Positions 41,801 through 50,753 of a DNA stretch of 64,000 nucleotides are shown here, piece after piece. The notes under the pieces are model-generated. The model ran no database searches, was not told where the DNA came from, and saw only the letters and a list, made by a program, of their open reading frames with translations. Position 1 is the stretch's first letter. Every line of letters starts with the position of its first letter. Location of the stretch: the IMG/VR virus record IMGVR_UViG_3300032330_001398. One strand, given 5' to 3'. Made by a program: the position numbers and the translations under genes. This DNA is from a virus (taxonomy: Duplodnaviria; Caudoviricetes).

Positions 41801-42876
41801 ATGTCTAATCCTCCCAAATCTGTATCCTCAAGATCATTAGTGCTGGCACCAATTTTATAAGATGTTATTTCATGCTCCTGTGGAGCAACTTGTACAGCTT
41901 CACTATTCATCCACGGGTCTGTCCATCCCGCTATTGGATTTTTACAACCTTTATCGTATGGTAAACCTATATTTTTTCTTCTGGTCATGCAAAGCCAATC
42001 TACATATTCAGCCATTACTTTTTCATTTAAACCAATAATAGATCCATCTTTGAATAAATATTCTGACCAAGCTTTTTCTTCATTTGCTGCTGATTCAAAC
42101 ATCTTTATAGCGTCCTCTTGACATTCTTCTGCTATTTTAACGAATCCTTCTTCTGGAACAGTATGTAAAATCTTTAGAATTTCTTGAGTATTATACAAAT
42201 GTAATGCCTCATCTCGTTTAATGAGTTTAATTATATCTGCATTACCAATCATTTTCTTATTTTCTGCAAAAGCAAATGCACATATAAATGATACATAAAA
42301 TCTTACAGCCTCAAGTATATTTACACTAACTAATGTCAAGTATATTTGTTTCTTGATATCTTTTGTGCTTCCAGATTTTTTTAATTCTCGCAAAGTATTG
42401 TATTCTTTTATGGCAACATTAGCTCTTTTTAGAATTTCTTTATCTGTTAAACAACTATCTAAAATATCGCTTGGGTTACTATACACATTTTTAATTATGT
42501 ATGTGTAACTATAGCTATGAATTTGTTCAAAAAACTGCCACACATTCATACATGCTTCTAATTCTGGATTAGAAACATATTCTTGCAGCGTTGGAACTCC
42601 TCGACAGATAACACTATCCATCATTGTTTGATATTTAAGGTTGGATGTAAAGATAAATCTCTCGTTGTCTGACATTATATTGTCATTCTTGAAATCATTT
42701 CTATCTTTTTTCAATTCGATTTCTTCTGGCCTCCAAAAAAATTCCATCTGCTTCTTGAATAAATCAAAAAATACTGGATATTTGAATTTGTCATATCTCT
42801 GCAAAGATAAATCTTCGCCAAGAAATAAAGGTTGAGATAGATAATCGATATTGTTTTTATTCAAAATTGTTTTCAT
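41797..42876 (-). CDS. nrdB: Ribonucleotide reductase class Ia beta subunit
   Basis: FFWRPEE, EQIHSYSY, EAVRFYVSF, RDEALH, QVAPQE. Confidence 0.95.
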   Translation of the reverse strand: MKTILNKNNIDYLSQPLFLGEDLSLQRYDKFKYPVFFDLFKKQMEFFWRPEEIELKKDRNDFKNDNIMSDNERFIFTSNLKYQTMMDSVICRGVPTLQEYVSNPELEACMNVWQFFEQIHSYSYTYIIKNVYSNPSDILDSCLTDKEILKRANVAIKEYNTLRELKKSGSTKDIKKQIYLTLVSVNILEAVRFYVSFICAFAFAENKKMIGNADIIKLIKRDEALHLYNTQEILKILHTVPEEGFVKIAEECQEDAIKMFESAANEEKAWSEYLFKDGSIIGLNEKVMAEYVDWLCMTRRKNIGLPYDKGCKNPIAGWTDPWMNSEAVQVAPQEHEITSYKIGASTNDLEDTDLGGLDI

Positions 42877-43481
42877 GTTGGTGCCCTGCGCATTACTGTG
42901 TCTGCCGCGTATTCACTAATTGAGTATCCTAATTTTGTTGCGGTATTTTTTACTTTAACATATCCTTCTTCTGGATATAGTCCATTATGTTCGAATTGAA
43001 TTATCTTTGGCAGTGGATATTTATTTAATTCACATTCATTCAAGTAATCTTCTAATATGACAATATCATGACCCTCTGTGTCTATTTTAAGCATATCCAA
43101 AGACTTAACTCTATATTCGTCAATTACGGTAGATAGTCTTACTGTTTTTACAGTGTCTTTTTTAACTATATCAGATATTGGTAGATTTCTTTCGTTAAGA
43201 ACTTTAATAACAAATTCGTGAGGTTTACCAACTGAACTTGATCCAATAAACCACCAAGGAAGATCATATTGATCAATAGTTTCTTGAGCAACATAATAAA
43301 TATCTATTGATCCCTGCTTATTAGATATTGCTACATTTAGTTTTTCAACGTTTAATCTATTTGGTAGTTGATCTAATAGATGCTTCAAAGGCTCAATTGA
43401 TATTCCATTAATTGTATCTGATGATTTCTCTATTAAGCTATCAAAATTTGCTGTTCCGATTTCAATAAAATTATAGTGCAT
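42873..43481 (-). CDS. FkbM-family methyltransferase
   Basis: FIEIGT, SIEP, LKIDTEGHD, IQFE. Confidence 0.85.
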   Translation of the reverse strand: MHYNFIEIGTANFDSLIEKSSDTINGISIEPLKHLLDQLPNRLNVEKLNVAISNKQGSIDIYYVAQETIDQYDLPWWFIGSSSVGKPHEFVIKVLNERNLPISDIVKKDTVKTVRLSTVIDEYRVKSLDMLKIDTEGHDIVILEDYLNECELNKYPLPKIIQFEHNGLYPEEGYVKVKNTATKLGYSISEYAADTVMRRAPT

Positions 43482-43487
43482 ATTTTC

Positions 43488-43895
43488 TTATTTATCCTTA
43501 AGTGGACCATTTACAACCCATGCGTCACACGTTCTGGTGCCAGCGCATTTAAAATCAAATAATTCGCAATAACCCAAATCTGCCAAATCGATAATTTCTT
43601 TAGCATCCTCCATCTCTGACGCTAACCCTTTTTGGATACAATTTATCATCTTTTCTTTAACTATGAATGCCGCACAATTGGAACACCTCATAGTTTTAAC
43701 TTGATCGATTGACGTTTTAAATTGATCCGCTTTCTTTTTCCAGTATTTTTTATCATCATTATTTGGATTAGCTGGACCATAGTTTGCAATATCAATAGCG
43801 CTTTGTCTATTTTTAAGATTAACTGTAATGTCCTGAGTTGCTGGTGGGCATTCTATTTTAGCATCAACTTTATAGATCAGATCAGATTTTTTCAT
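43488..43895 (-). CDS. Cys-rich hypothetical protein (HiPIP-like Cys spacing)
   Basis: CSNC...GYCELF..C....CDAW; GAGGA RBS before the ATG at 43895. Confidence 0.5.
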   Translation of the reverse strand: MKKSDLIYKVDAKIECPPATQDITVNLKNRQSAIDIANYGPANPNNDDKKYWKKKADQFKTSIDQVKTMRCSNCAAFIVKEKMINCIQKGLASEMEDAKEIIDLADLGYCELFDFKCAGTRTCDAWVVNGPLKDK

Positions 43896-43905
43896 ATTAC
43901 GTTCC

Positions 43906-46134
43906 TCATATTGAACAAGATCCAGATTCGCAACCGGAAGATTTTTCTGTCTGACCGTCGCCATCTGGGGTGTTACAGTAATAAAAATTCTTTACACCAT
44001 ATTTATACCCATAAATTTGATCTTTGATTAAAACGCTCAATGGTATATTACCCTCTGGAAAATGAGCATAATTATAGTACAAATTAACACTAATACTCAT
44101 ATCCACAAATTTTTGTAGAATAGCACAAATATTTAGTATTGCCTTGTTATTTTCCATTTCCCAAGCTAGTGTATAGTAATTTTTGCGAGATGAATAATTG
44201 GGCACCAACTGCTTTAAAACTCCATTCTTAGCCTTTTTGTAAGAAAGTAGGCTTCTGACAGGTTCAATGCCGTTTGTGCTGTTCTGGATGACGCTAGAGG
44301 ACTCACAGGGCATTATAGCGGTCAGTGTTGAGTGTCTTAGTCCATGCTGCTTGATTCTGCTCCTAAGACCCTCCCAATCCATAGTATACTCTGGCTTAAC
44401 CAGTTCGTCAACTGTTTTTTTGTACCAATCTAAAGGAAGTAATCCTCTAGAATATTTAGTTTCATTGAATTTATTGCAAGAACCAAGTTCCGCTGCCAAG
44501 CGGCATGATTCATTAAGTAAATTCCACTGAATCTTTTCCATTGTTGAGTGAATTAACGGCAGAGTATCTGGATCATCATACTTTAGCTTGTGCTTGGCTA
44601 AGAATCCAGCAAGATTGGTTATTCCTATACCTAGTGATCTACGATTTTTAGTAAAATTTTCTCCAGCAGCTACCGGATAATCTTGATAATCTATAACTGA
44701 CTCTAAGGTTCTCACGGCTATCCTGCAAGCACTAGCAATATCATTATCATTGTCCAATTCTGTCAGGTTTAACGCCGATAGAATACAAATACCTATTTCA
44801 CCCTCTTTATCGTCAATAGATTTAATTGGTTTGGTTGGATGAATAATTTCTTGACATAGATTACTCATATAAACTGGAATATCCCATGATCCATGCTCAT
44901 TAGCATTGTCTATGTTCATAACATAAATACGTCCAGTTTCAAGTCTTTCTTTTGTAAAGATTTCCGCTAACTTTCTAGCATTAATCTTTTTCTTCATCTT
45001 GATATGTCTAGAGTTCTCATATTTCTCATATAATTTCTTGAAATCTTCATTGTTATTCATAGAACTATAAAGACCACAGGTTTCTTCTGGACTAAATAGT
45101 GTGATATCCTCATTCTTAATTAGTCGTTCATAGAATAACTTATTGAACTGAACAGAATAATCTAACTTGCGTACTCTATTATCGTCGGTTCCAGCATTAT
45201 TCTTGAGGCATACAATATCTTCTATTTCATAGTGCCAAAAAGGAATATGAACCGTCGCTGAACCGCCCCTAATGCCATTTTGACTTGTGGCTTTTACAGT
45301 AGATTCGAAAATCTTAAGGTAGGGAATTAGTCCAGTATGTATAACTTCTCCACCGCGAATACTAGCATTTATTGGACGAATGCGACCGATATTTAAACCA
45401 ATACCAGCACGGCGGGCAGTATATTTGCCAACAGCATGAATGCTAGAAAAAATAGAATCTAAATCGTCTTCAACGTCAACTAGTACACAGCTAGCGAACT
45501 GTTTGATTTTAGTTCTAACGCCAGCCATAATTGGTGTGGGAAGATTGATTTTAAATGTTGAGAAGCATTCATAAGCATCCTTGACTTCATCAACAACATT
45601 GAATAGAGCCATTGCTATTGTGATGTATGCAAACTGTGGAGTTTCATACATCTCGCCAGTAGCTCTATTTTTGACGAGATACTTATCTATCATTTGCTGT
45701 AGACCAGCGTATGTGTAAAGATAATCTCTATCGTGATCAATGCAGGATTCTATTTCTTTAATATCTTCCTTTGACCACTTTTCAAATAATGCGGGATCAT
45801 AAATACCCTTCTCAATATTTGACTTTATATGTTTAGATAGCGATGGAGGACTATCATGCTTCTCCCACAAATCTTTCCGTAAAGACATATTCAATAGTCT
45901 AGAAGCGACATATTGATAATTGGGTTTTGATGGGGAAGTCAGGTCATTTGCTGACTTAACAAGAATTTGGTGGATTTCTTTGGTGGTAATGCCATCTCTT
46001 AATGAGAGCTTGGCATTCATCTCTATGTCTGACCAAGAAACATTATTGATATCCTTAATCGCCCACTCTACAACCTTATGAATCTTTTCTACTGTATACT
46101 TTTCAAAACTTCCATTTCTTTTCTGTACTTGCAT
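43906..46134 (-). CDS. nrdA: Ribonucleotide reductase class Ia alpha subunit
   Basis: ATP cone VQKRNG, QFASCVL, SNLCQE, NSTNGIEP, C-terminal CESGSC. Confidence 0.95.
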   Translation of the reverse strand: MQVQKRNGSFEKYTVEKIHKVVEWAIKDINNVSWSDIEMNAKLSLRDGITTKEIHQILVKSANDLTSPSKPNYQYVASRLLNMSLRKDLWEKHDSPPSLSKHIKSNIEKGIYDPALFEKWSKEDIKEIESCIDHDRDYLYTYAGLQQMIDKYLVKNRATGEMYETPQFAYITIAMALFNVVDEVKDAYECFSTFKINLPTPIMAGVRTKIKQFASCVLVDVEDDLDSIFSSIHAVGKYTARRAGIGLNIGRIRPINASIRGGEVIHTGLIPYLKIFESTVKATSQNGIRGGSATVHIPFWHYEIEDIVCLKNNAGTDDNRVRKLDYSVQFNKLFYERLIKNEDITLFSPEETCGLYSSMNNNEDFKKLYEKYENSRHIKMKKKINARKLAEIFTKERLETGRIYVMNIDNANEHGSWDIPVYMSNLCQEIIHPTKPIKSIDDKEGEIGICILSALNLTELDNDNDIASACRIAVRTLESVIDYQDYPVAAGENFTKNRRSLGIGITNLAGFLAKHKLKYDDPDTLPLIHSTMEKIQWNLLNESCRLAAELGSCNKFNETKYSRGLLPLDWYKKTVDELVKPEYTMDWEGLRSRIKQHGLRHSTLTAIMPCESSSVIQNSTNGIEPVRSLLSYKKAKNGVLKQLVPNYSSRKNYYTLAWEMENNKAILNICAILQKFVDMSISVNLYYNYAHFPEGNIPLSVLIKDQIYGYKYGVKNFYYCNTPDGDGQTEKSSGCESGSCSI

Positions 46135-46161
46135 GTTATTCCTGTTTTAAATTAAGTCAAT

Positions 46162-46791
46162 CTAGCTGTTCCACCAATGATTCAAAATTTTTGTAACTAT
46201 CCAATTAATAATGATGGGTAAAAGAACATTTATTATCAGAATAGTTAGTATAACTGATCCACAAACAATTTCTTTGTCATTTTTTGCGTTTTCTAAGATA
46301 AAATCATAGCATTGTTTTCTAAGTTTTTTCTTTTCGCTTCGTGTTGCATTTTTAATGTCTCGTTCTGAACTGACTATTGTAGCCCATTCGCCACCATATT
46401 GCAAGCATCGTTTAGCGATTTTTCTTCTACTGTCATCTTGATATTCCAAGTTGATATCATTAGCAATACCGATTAAATATGAATCATCGTTTGATCCAAA
46501 TTTTAATGTTCCAGTATAGTCAAACTTTATATCTGGAAAATGTTTGATTTTTATTACGCCACCATCTTTTCCAAGCGTCATTCCTATAATATTTAGATTG
46601 AACTTGATAAATTTTTCAATAGTAGCTATTGGTAGATTATTGTTAAAGTTGATATCAACAGAGTCATTTTTATTGATTACCGAAACATCTATTGGAGATG
46701 GACATTGAACAGACATTGTTCCCATCTTATAGCCGGATGAAGAAAAAATGCTAATCAGAATATCTTTTATTTTACTTATATCGTAATTCAT
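46162..46791 (-). CDS. Hypothetical membrane protein (C-terminal TM)
   Basis: VILTILIINVLLPIIINWIV. Confidence 0.55.
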   Translation of the reverse strand: MNYDISKIKDILISIFSSSGYKMGTMSVQCPSPIDVSVINKNDSVDINFNNNLPIATIEKFIKFNLNIIGMTLGKDGGVIKIKHFPDIKFDYTGTLKFGSNDDSYLIGIANDINLEYQDDSRRKIAKRCLQYGGEWATIVSSERDIKNATRSEKKKLRKQCYDFILENAKNDKEIVCGSVILTILIINVLLPIIINWIVTKILNHWWNS

Positions 46792-46797
46792 ATTCTA

Positions 46798-47247
46798 TCA
46801 TTTCTGTATTAAAGACCAACATAGACCCATAAAGTAATCGCTTATTTTATTTTTTTCTTCTTGAGAAAGATCATGGTTATCATCAGATACCAAATCTGAT
46901 ATTAGTTTTGTTAAACCGTCGCCAAATCCATTGTATTTTCCAACTAATTCCTCTTTAAAAAATGTTTTTCCAGCTAAAGTATAAACGTCATTTACTTGTT
47001 GTAAATTTGTATTATAGTCCTTAACTCTTGTTGCGAATTCATAATTGAAAATTGCTATTTTTGTTCTGTCTTTTGGGTCGGTGACTAAAGATGCTAATCC
47101 TTTTACAGCTTGCATTACTTCTTCGCTTGGTTTTTCAACGTCCAATATTGCTACTGGTTCTGGAATTATTGGTATGTGAATATTTTTTAGATTTGGTTCA
47201 AACAAGCTGTAAGTTATTAAAAGTAAACCGATTAACATGCGTATCAT
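46798..47247 (-). CDS. Hypothetical exported/membrane-anchored protein
   Basis: N-terminal hydrophobic segment followed by a Pro linker. Confidence 0.55.
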   Translation of the reverse strand: MIRMLIGLLLITYSLFEPNLKNIHIPIIPEPVAILDVEKPSEEVMQAVKGLASLVTDPKDRTKIAIFNYEFATRVKDYNTNLQQVNDVYTLAGKTFFKEELVGKYNGFGDGLTKLISDLVSDDNHDLSQEEKNKISDYFMGLCWSLIQK

Positions 47248-47248
47248 T

Positions 47249-47554
47249 TTATACCTCTACTTTAACTGTTGTGTCTACTACAGTTGATTGAGATTTATCA
47301 TTTAATAGTGGGAAAACTTCATCTAATTTGTCTTTTGCTGATCCTAGCTTGCTATTAACACATTCATTTCTTAATTTATACCATAGATCTATAATTTGTA
47401 TGAATTTATCATTTCCTATTGGTTGTAATGATTTATTCTTTTTCATATTTAGTAATTTGCTAATAATATAGCTTGGATTAACATAGTATGATGCTACTAA
47501 AGCTACTCCAACTAATAATGCTAATACTCTAAGTGTTGTTTCAAGGTTGAACAT
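47249..47554 (-). CDS. Hypothetical membrane protein (N-terminal TM)
   Basis: VLALLVGVALVASYY. Confidence 0.55.
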   Translation of the reverse strand: MFNLETTLRVLALLVGVALVASYYVNPSYIISKLLNMKKNKSLQPIGNDKFIQIIDLWYKLRNECVNSKLGSAKDKLDEVFPLLNDKSQSTVVDTTVKVEV

Positions 47555-47562
47555 ATAAACTC

Positions 47563-47868
47563 CTATTTCGATGATTTACTGTGATATGGGCATGATGTTT
47601 TGTGTCCATCTCCTTGGACAATAATTCCTGTGCCTTTGCAGATACATTTTGCTGGATCTGGATTTGTGCCATCGTTAATATCCGGTTGAGGATTTGGATC
47701 AACAACATAAACTTTGGACTCTGCATCTTTGAATGAAAGTTCAGCCTGTTGTTTCCAATCATCTATATAGGATGAATACATATCTGTAATCTCTGTTTTT
47801 GGTAGAGATTGAGCTATGTTAGATGAACATCCTAATAAGACTAAAATTAATAATAAGGTATACCTCAT
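47563..47868 (-). CDS. Putative lipoprotein with Cys-rich C-terminus
   Basis: Lipobox LLGC after a hydrophobic signal; CICKGTG..GDG..CPYH. Confidence 0.6.
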   Translation of the reverse strand: MRYTLLLILVLLGCSSNIAQSLPKTEITDMYSSYIDDWKQQAELSFKDAESKVYVVDPNPQPDINDGTNPDPAKCICKGTGIIVQGDGHKTSCPYHSKSSK

Positions 47869-48083
47869 GGTGTACCTCCATCGATTCCATTGTAATAATT
47901 AATATTGTCAAATCTATCTGTATATTTAGTTTCTAGCTGATTATAAGTTGCTGAACCTTGAAAATCGCTTGGTAGCGATTCATATTCTCCGGTTCTATAA
48001 CAATAAACTACGCAAGAAGCGTTTTTGATAGTTTCATTACCAGAAACCACATTTGTTACTACGTCTGTTGTTGTAATTGCCAC
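47865..48083 (-). CDS. Hypothetical protein
   Basis: 72 aa, GTG start with AAGGAG RBS. Confidence 0.55.
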   Translation of the reverse strand: MAITTTDVVTNVVSGNETIKNASCVVYCYRTGEYESLPSDFQGSATYNQLETKYTDRFDNINYYNGIDGGTP

Positions 48084-48099
48084 TGTTAGCTCCTTTGTA

Positions 48100-48993
48100 T
48101 TATGGTGTTGCTGACCACCAGATTTTTAGATTGACGAATGCTGTTGAAGAGTCTGGATTAAAATATAATGTTTGACCCGCTGTTATAGCTTTGCTTCCAG
48201 ATGTAGAACCTACACATTGATATGTTGTACTTCCACCTGCGGCTGTGAGAATTTCAAAATAATCATTTCCACAATCTGATAGTGTTAAACTATTCCAACT
48301 CCATTTAATATATCCTGTTGTATTTACTACTCTTCCAGTGTTATATGTTGCAATAGTAGATGCTACGAATGGGCTGGCTAGCGTTCCGCTTCCAGTAAAT
48401 CCAACAGCATTCCATGCGGCATTAGCTGTTCCCCAAGGATTTGGAGCGGCTGTTGTGGTCGTGGTTGACGTTGTAGTTGGTGCTGATGTGGTAGTGGTGC
48501 TTGTTGTTGTGCTGGTCGTAGTTGTACTTGTAGTAGTAGTTGTGCTAGTCGTGGTAGTCGTGGTAGTAGTTGTGGTAGTTGTACTGGTGGTGGTAGTTGT
48601 GCTGGTAGTTGTGCTGGTAGTGGTAGTTGGCGCTAGCGTGGTTGATGTTGTAGTTGTGGTGGTGGTACTAGTTGTGCTAGTTGTGGTGCTAGTTGTGGTT
48701 GTGGTTGTGGTGCTGGTTGTGGTCGGCGTTGGCGTGGTTGTTGTGCTTGTGGTGGTTGTTGTGCTTGTGGTGGTTGTAGTGCTGGTGGTAGTTGTAGTAC
48801 TAGTTGTGGTTGTGCTGCTGGTTGTGCTAGTTGTAGTGCTAGTCGTACTTGTGGTACTAGTTGTAGCTGGGCCAGAAGTGGTTGTAACACCATTGGCTGT
48901 ATACGCTACAGAATTACCAATGTATATAGATGATACTTCAGTACCACCTACATACACTTTATTTATAGAGCTAGTGCCAACTTTTAAAGTCAT
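48100..48993 (-). CDS. Mucin-like Thr-rich fibre/adhesin protein
   Basis: N-terminal LKVGTSSINKVYVGGTEVSSIYIG (fibre-associated motif), ~145 aa almost pure Thr/Ser stalk, globular C-terminal domain. Confidence 0.7.
   Translation of the reverse strand: MTLKVGTSSINKVYVGGTEVSSIYIGNSVAYTANGVTTTSGPATTSTTSTTSTTTSTTSSTTTTSTTTTTSTTTTTSTTTTTSTTTTPTPTTTSTTTTTTTSTTTSTTSTTTTTTTSTTLAPTTTTSTTTSTTTTTSTTTTTTTTTTTTSTTTTTSTTTTSTTTSTTTTSAPTTTSTTTTTAAPNPWGTANAAWNAVGFTGSGTLASPFVASTIATYNTGRVVNTTGYIKWSWNSLTLSDCGNDYFEILTAAGGSTTYQCVGSTSGSKAITAGQTLYFNPDSSTAFVNLKIWWSATP
48451..48885 (-). repeat. Low-complexity ACN codon array (poly-Thr/Ser, TTTTTS units)
   Basis: Imperfect (GTN)n trinucleotide array on the + strand with varied third positions. 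Confidence 0.9.
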
Positions 48994-48998
48994 CTATA

Positions 48999-49280
48999 TT
49001 ACTTTATTAGGTAAACTGTTTTGGGATCTTTGGTGGATAAATTATTGTAGTCAGTTTGACTCATAGTTACAATGTTATACACCCCAGAAGCATTAGTAAT
49101 CCCAACAGTATTACTTACCACAGTATTAGGTAAATTGGCCCAGCTTGTATATTCATCTCCAATTTTAATTACTTTTGTATCAGTAGCGAAAGATGGTTCA
49201 CCAGATGCTAAGATTGTATTCTTAGATATAAACTCTGATTCTGGACCCCTTCTTAGCTGTATATCGGTTTTCTTAGACAT
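48999..49280 (-). CDS. Small tail-fibre adaptor: Mtd N-terminal-like domain plus short C-terminal fibre motif
   Basis: IQLRRG..ILASGEPSFATDTKVIKIGD..W..LP; MSQTDYNNLSTKDPKTVYLI. Confidence 0.7.
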   Translation of the reverse strand: MSKKTDIQLRRGPESEFISKNTILASGEPSFATDTKVIKIGDEYTSWANLPNTVVSNTVGITNASGVYNIVTMSQTDYNNLSTKDPKTVYLIK

Positions 49281-49293
49281 ATTTCACCTTATT

Positions 49294-50739
49294 TTATGGG
49301 ATACTTGTGTTAGTAGTTCCTATTCTCCAATATGTTTTATTATTCACTGTTATTTTATTTTGTAATTCTGCTGATGGATTTTCTGGATCTGAAATTTCTA
49401 TAGGTCTAGTTAAATATTGCCAATTATTTGGATTAGAATAGTTTATAATACCATTCCATTCTGATATGTTCAATTTTTCCATAATTCTATCTATTCTACA
49501 AGCATAAGCTATTGGAATACCGTCAAGTGTCGGATCTGTTGCTAGAAATATTATTCCTATTATTTTTTCTATATCATCTATAACTGCTGTTAAAACAGAT
49601 CCAGAATCGCCAGCAACGGCTGGATGGGAATATTCTTGCGTAGTACCGATATTAAGATTACCCTCAAGAAGAATAAGATCTGAATAATATACAGTTCTTG
49701 TTAAATTAATAGTTGTGGATGGAACAAGTTTTGATCCATATGGAATTTCTTGAGTTATACCAAGACTGGCCGTTACGCCTAGCTGTTTAATAACATAACA
49801 ATCTATTTGCGCTCCGCTAGTTCTTCCGCTCATACTTGTTGAAGAATAAGCATTGAAAGACTGTAGAAGCCTATCTAATTCGTATGTTGTTGCAAATGGT
49901 AAAAAATTATCCGTTAATAATCCTAAAACTCCACTAGAAACACTACTAATTGTGTTTCCTCCGCTATTTATGTGAACTAATGCAGCATCAACATAATTTT
50001 TTGGAATTTCTGAAACAACGAATTTATATCCATCTAATTGAAAATTATTTATGAAGTTAGTTTCTGAATATCTTTTTATTTTACCAATATTGTTTTGTTC
50101 ACGGTTGTTGTATAAATCAGTTATTGATTGAGATGTTCCATCAAAAGATTCTAATAAAGATGGTTGTATTACTATATCATCTGATGTATTGAAATTATAC
50201 AATTTTAATCTATTTTCCACAGATAAATAAGTTTCACAAACAACGTGGGCTGATGTTAATCCAACTATTGAGCCATCTTCATTGTCTACAACTAAACATC
50301 CTAAAGTTCCAACACTACTATATAGATTATTTGGCGTATTTGTTTGATTATTATTAACAGCACTTATTGATATTCCTCCAATTAGAGGTCTTTTTCTAGC
50401 TCTATGAGCTAGTTGATCTTCCGTAAGACCGGTAGAGCCATAACCAGGTTGACTTGCATTCCAATCAAAACAGGCTATTTTTTTTGCTTTATTTGGAGTT
50501 TCAATAACGTCAGAAGGAAAATTTTGATCATTTATCGTTATATTTAATGGAATAATTTCTTCTGGTAACAATTCTGATAATTGTTTTTTTTCTTTGACTC
50601 CAAAAATAACACTGATTTCATCTGTAACTTGTCCATTTTTAGTCTTATTGCCAATACCAATAGAGTATACTTCTGGATGACTTTCCATATAAAGTATAGA
50701 AAAATTTTCAAAATCTTCTTTATTTTCTGGTTGAATCAT
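49294..50739 (-). CDS. Trypsin-like (S1) serine protease with N-terminal propeptide-like region
   Basis: GTLGCLV; catalytic triad LTSAHV (His), VDAAL (Asp), AGDSGS (Ser). Confidence 0.8.
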   Translation of the reverse strand: MIQPENKEDFENFSILYMESHPEVYSIGIGNKTKNGQVTDEISVIFGVKEKKQLSELLPEEIIPLNITINDQNFPSDVIETPNKAKKIACFDWNASQPGYGSTGLTEDQLAHRARKRPLIGGISISAVNNNQTNTPNNLYSSVGTLGCLVVDNEDGSIVGLTSAHVVCETYLSVENRLKLYNFNTSDDIVIQPSLLESFDGTSQSITDLYNNREQNNIGKIKRYSETNFINNFQLDGYKFVVSEIPKNYVDAALVHINSGGNTISSVSSGVLGLLTDNFLPFATTYELDRLLQSFNAYSSTSMSGRTSGAQIDCYVIKQLGVTASLGITQEIPYGSKLVPSTTINLTRTVYYSDLILLEGNLNIGTTQEYSHPAVAGDSGSVLTAVIDDIEKIIGIIFLATDPTLDGIPIAYACRIDRIMEKLNISEWNGIINYSNPNNWQYLTRPIEISDPENPSAELQNKITVNNKTYWRIGTTNTSIP

Positions 50740-50753
50740 ATATTACCTATTTA

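Noticed and set aside
48338-49066. 242 aa poly-Val ORF on the + strand (also 51922-52152 and the Gln/Pro-rich alternative frames)
   Set aside because: Antisense or frame shadows of the poly-Thr codon arrays. The - strand frame has proper N- and C-terminal domains and fits the operon.
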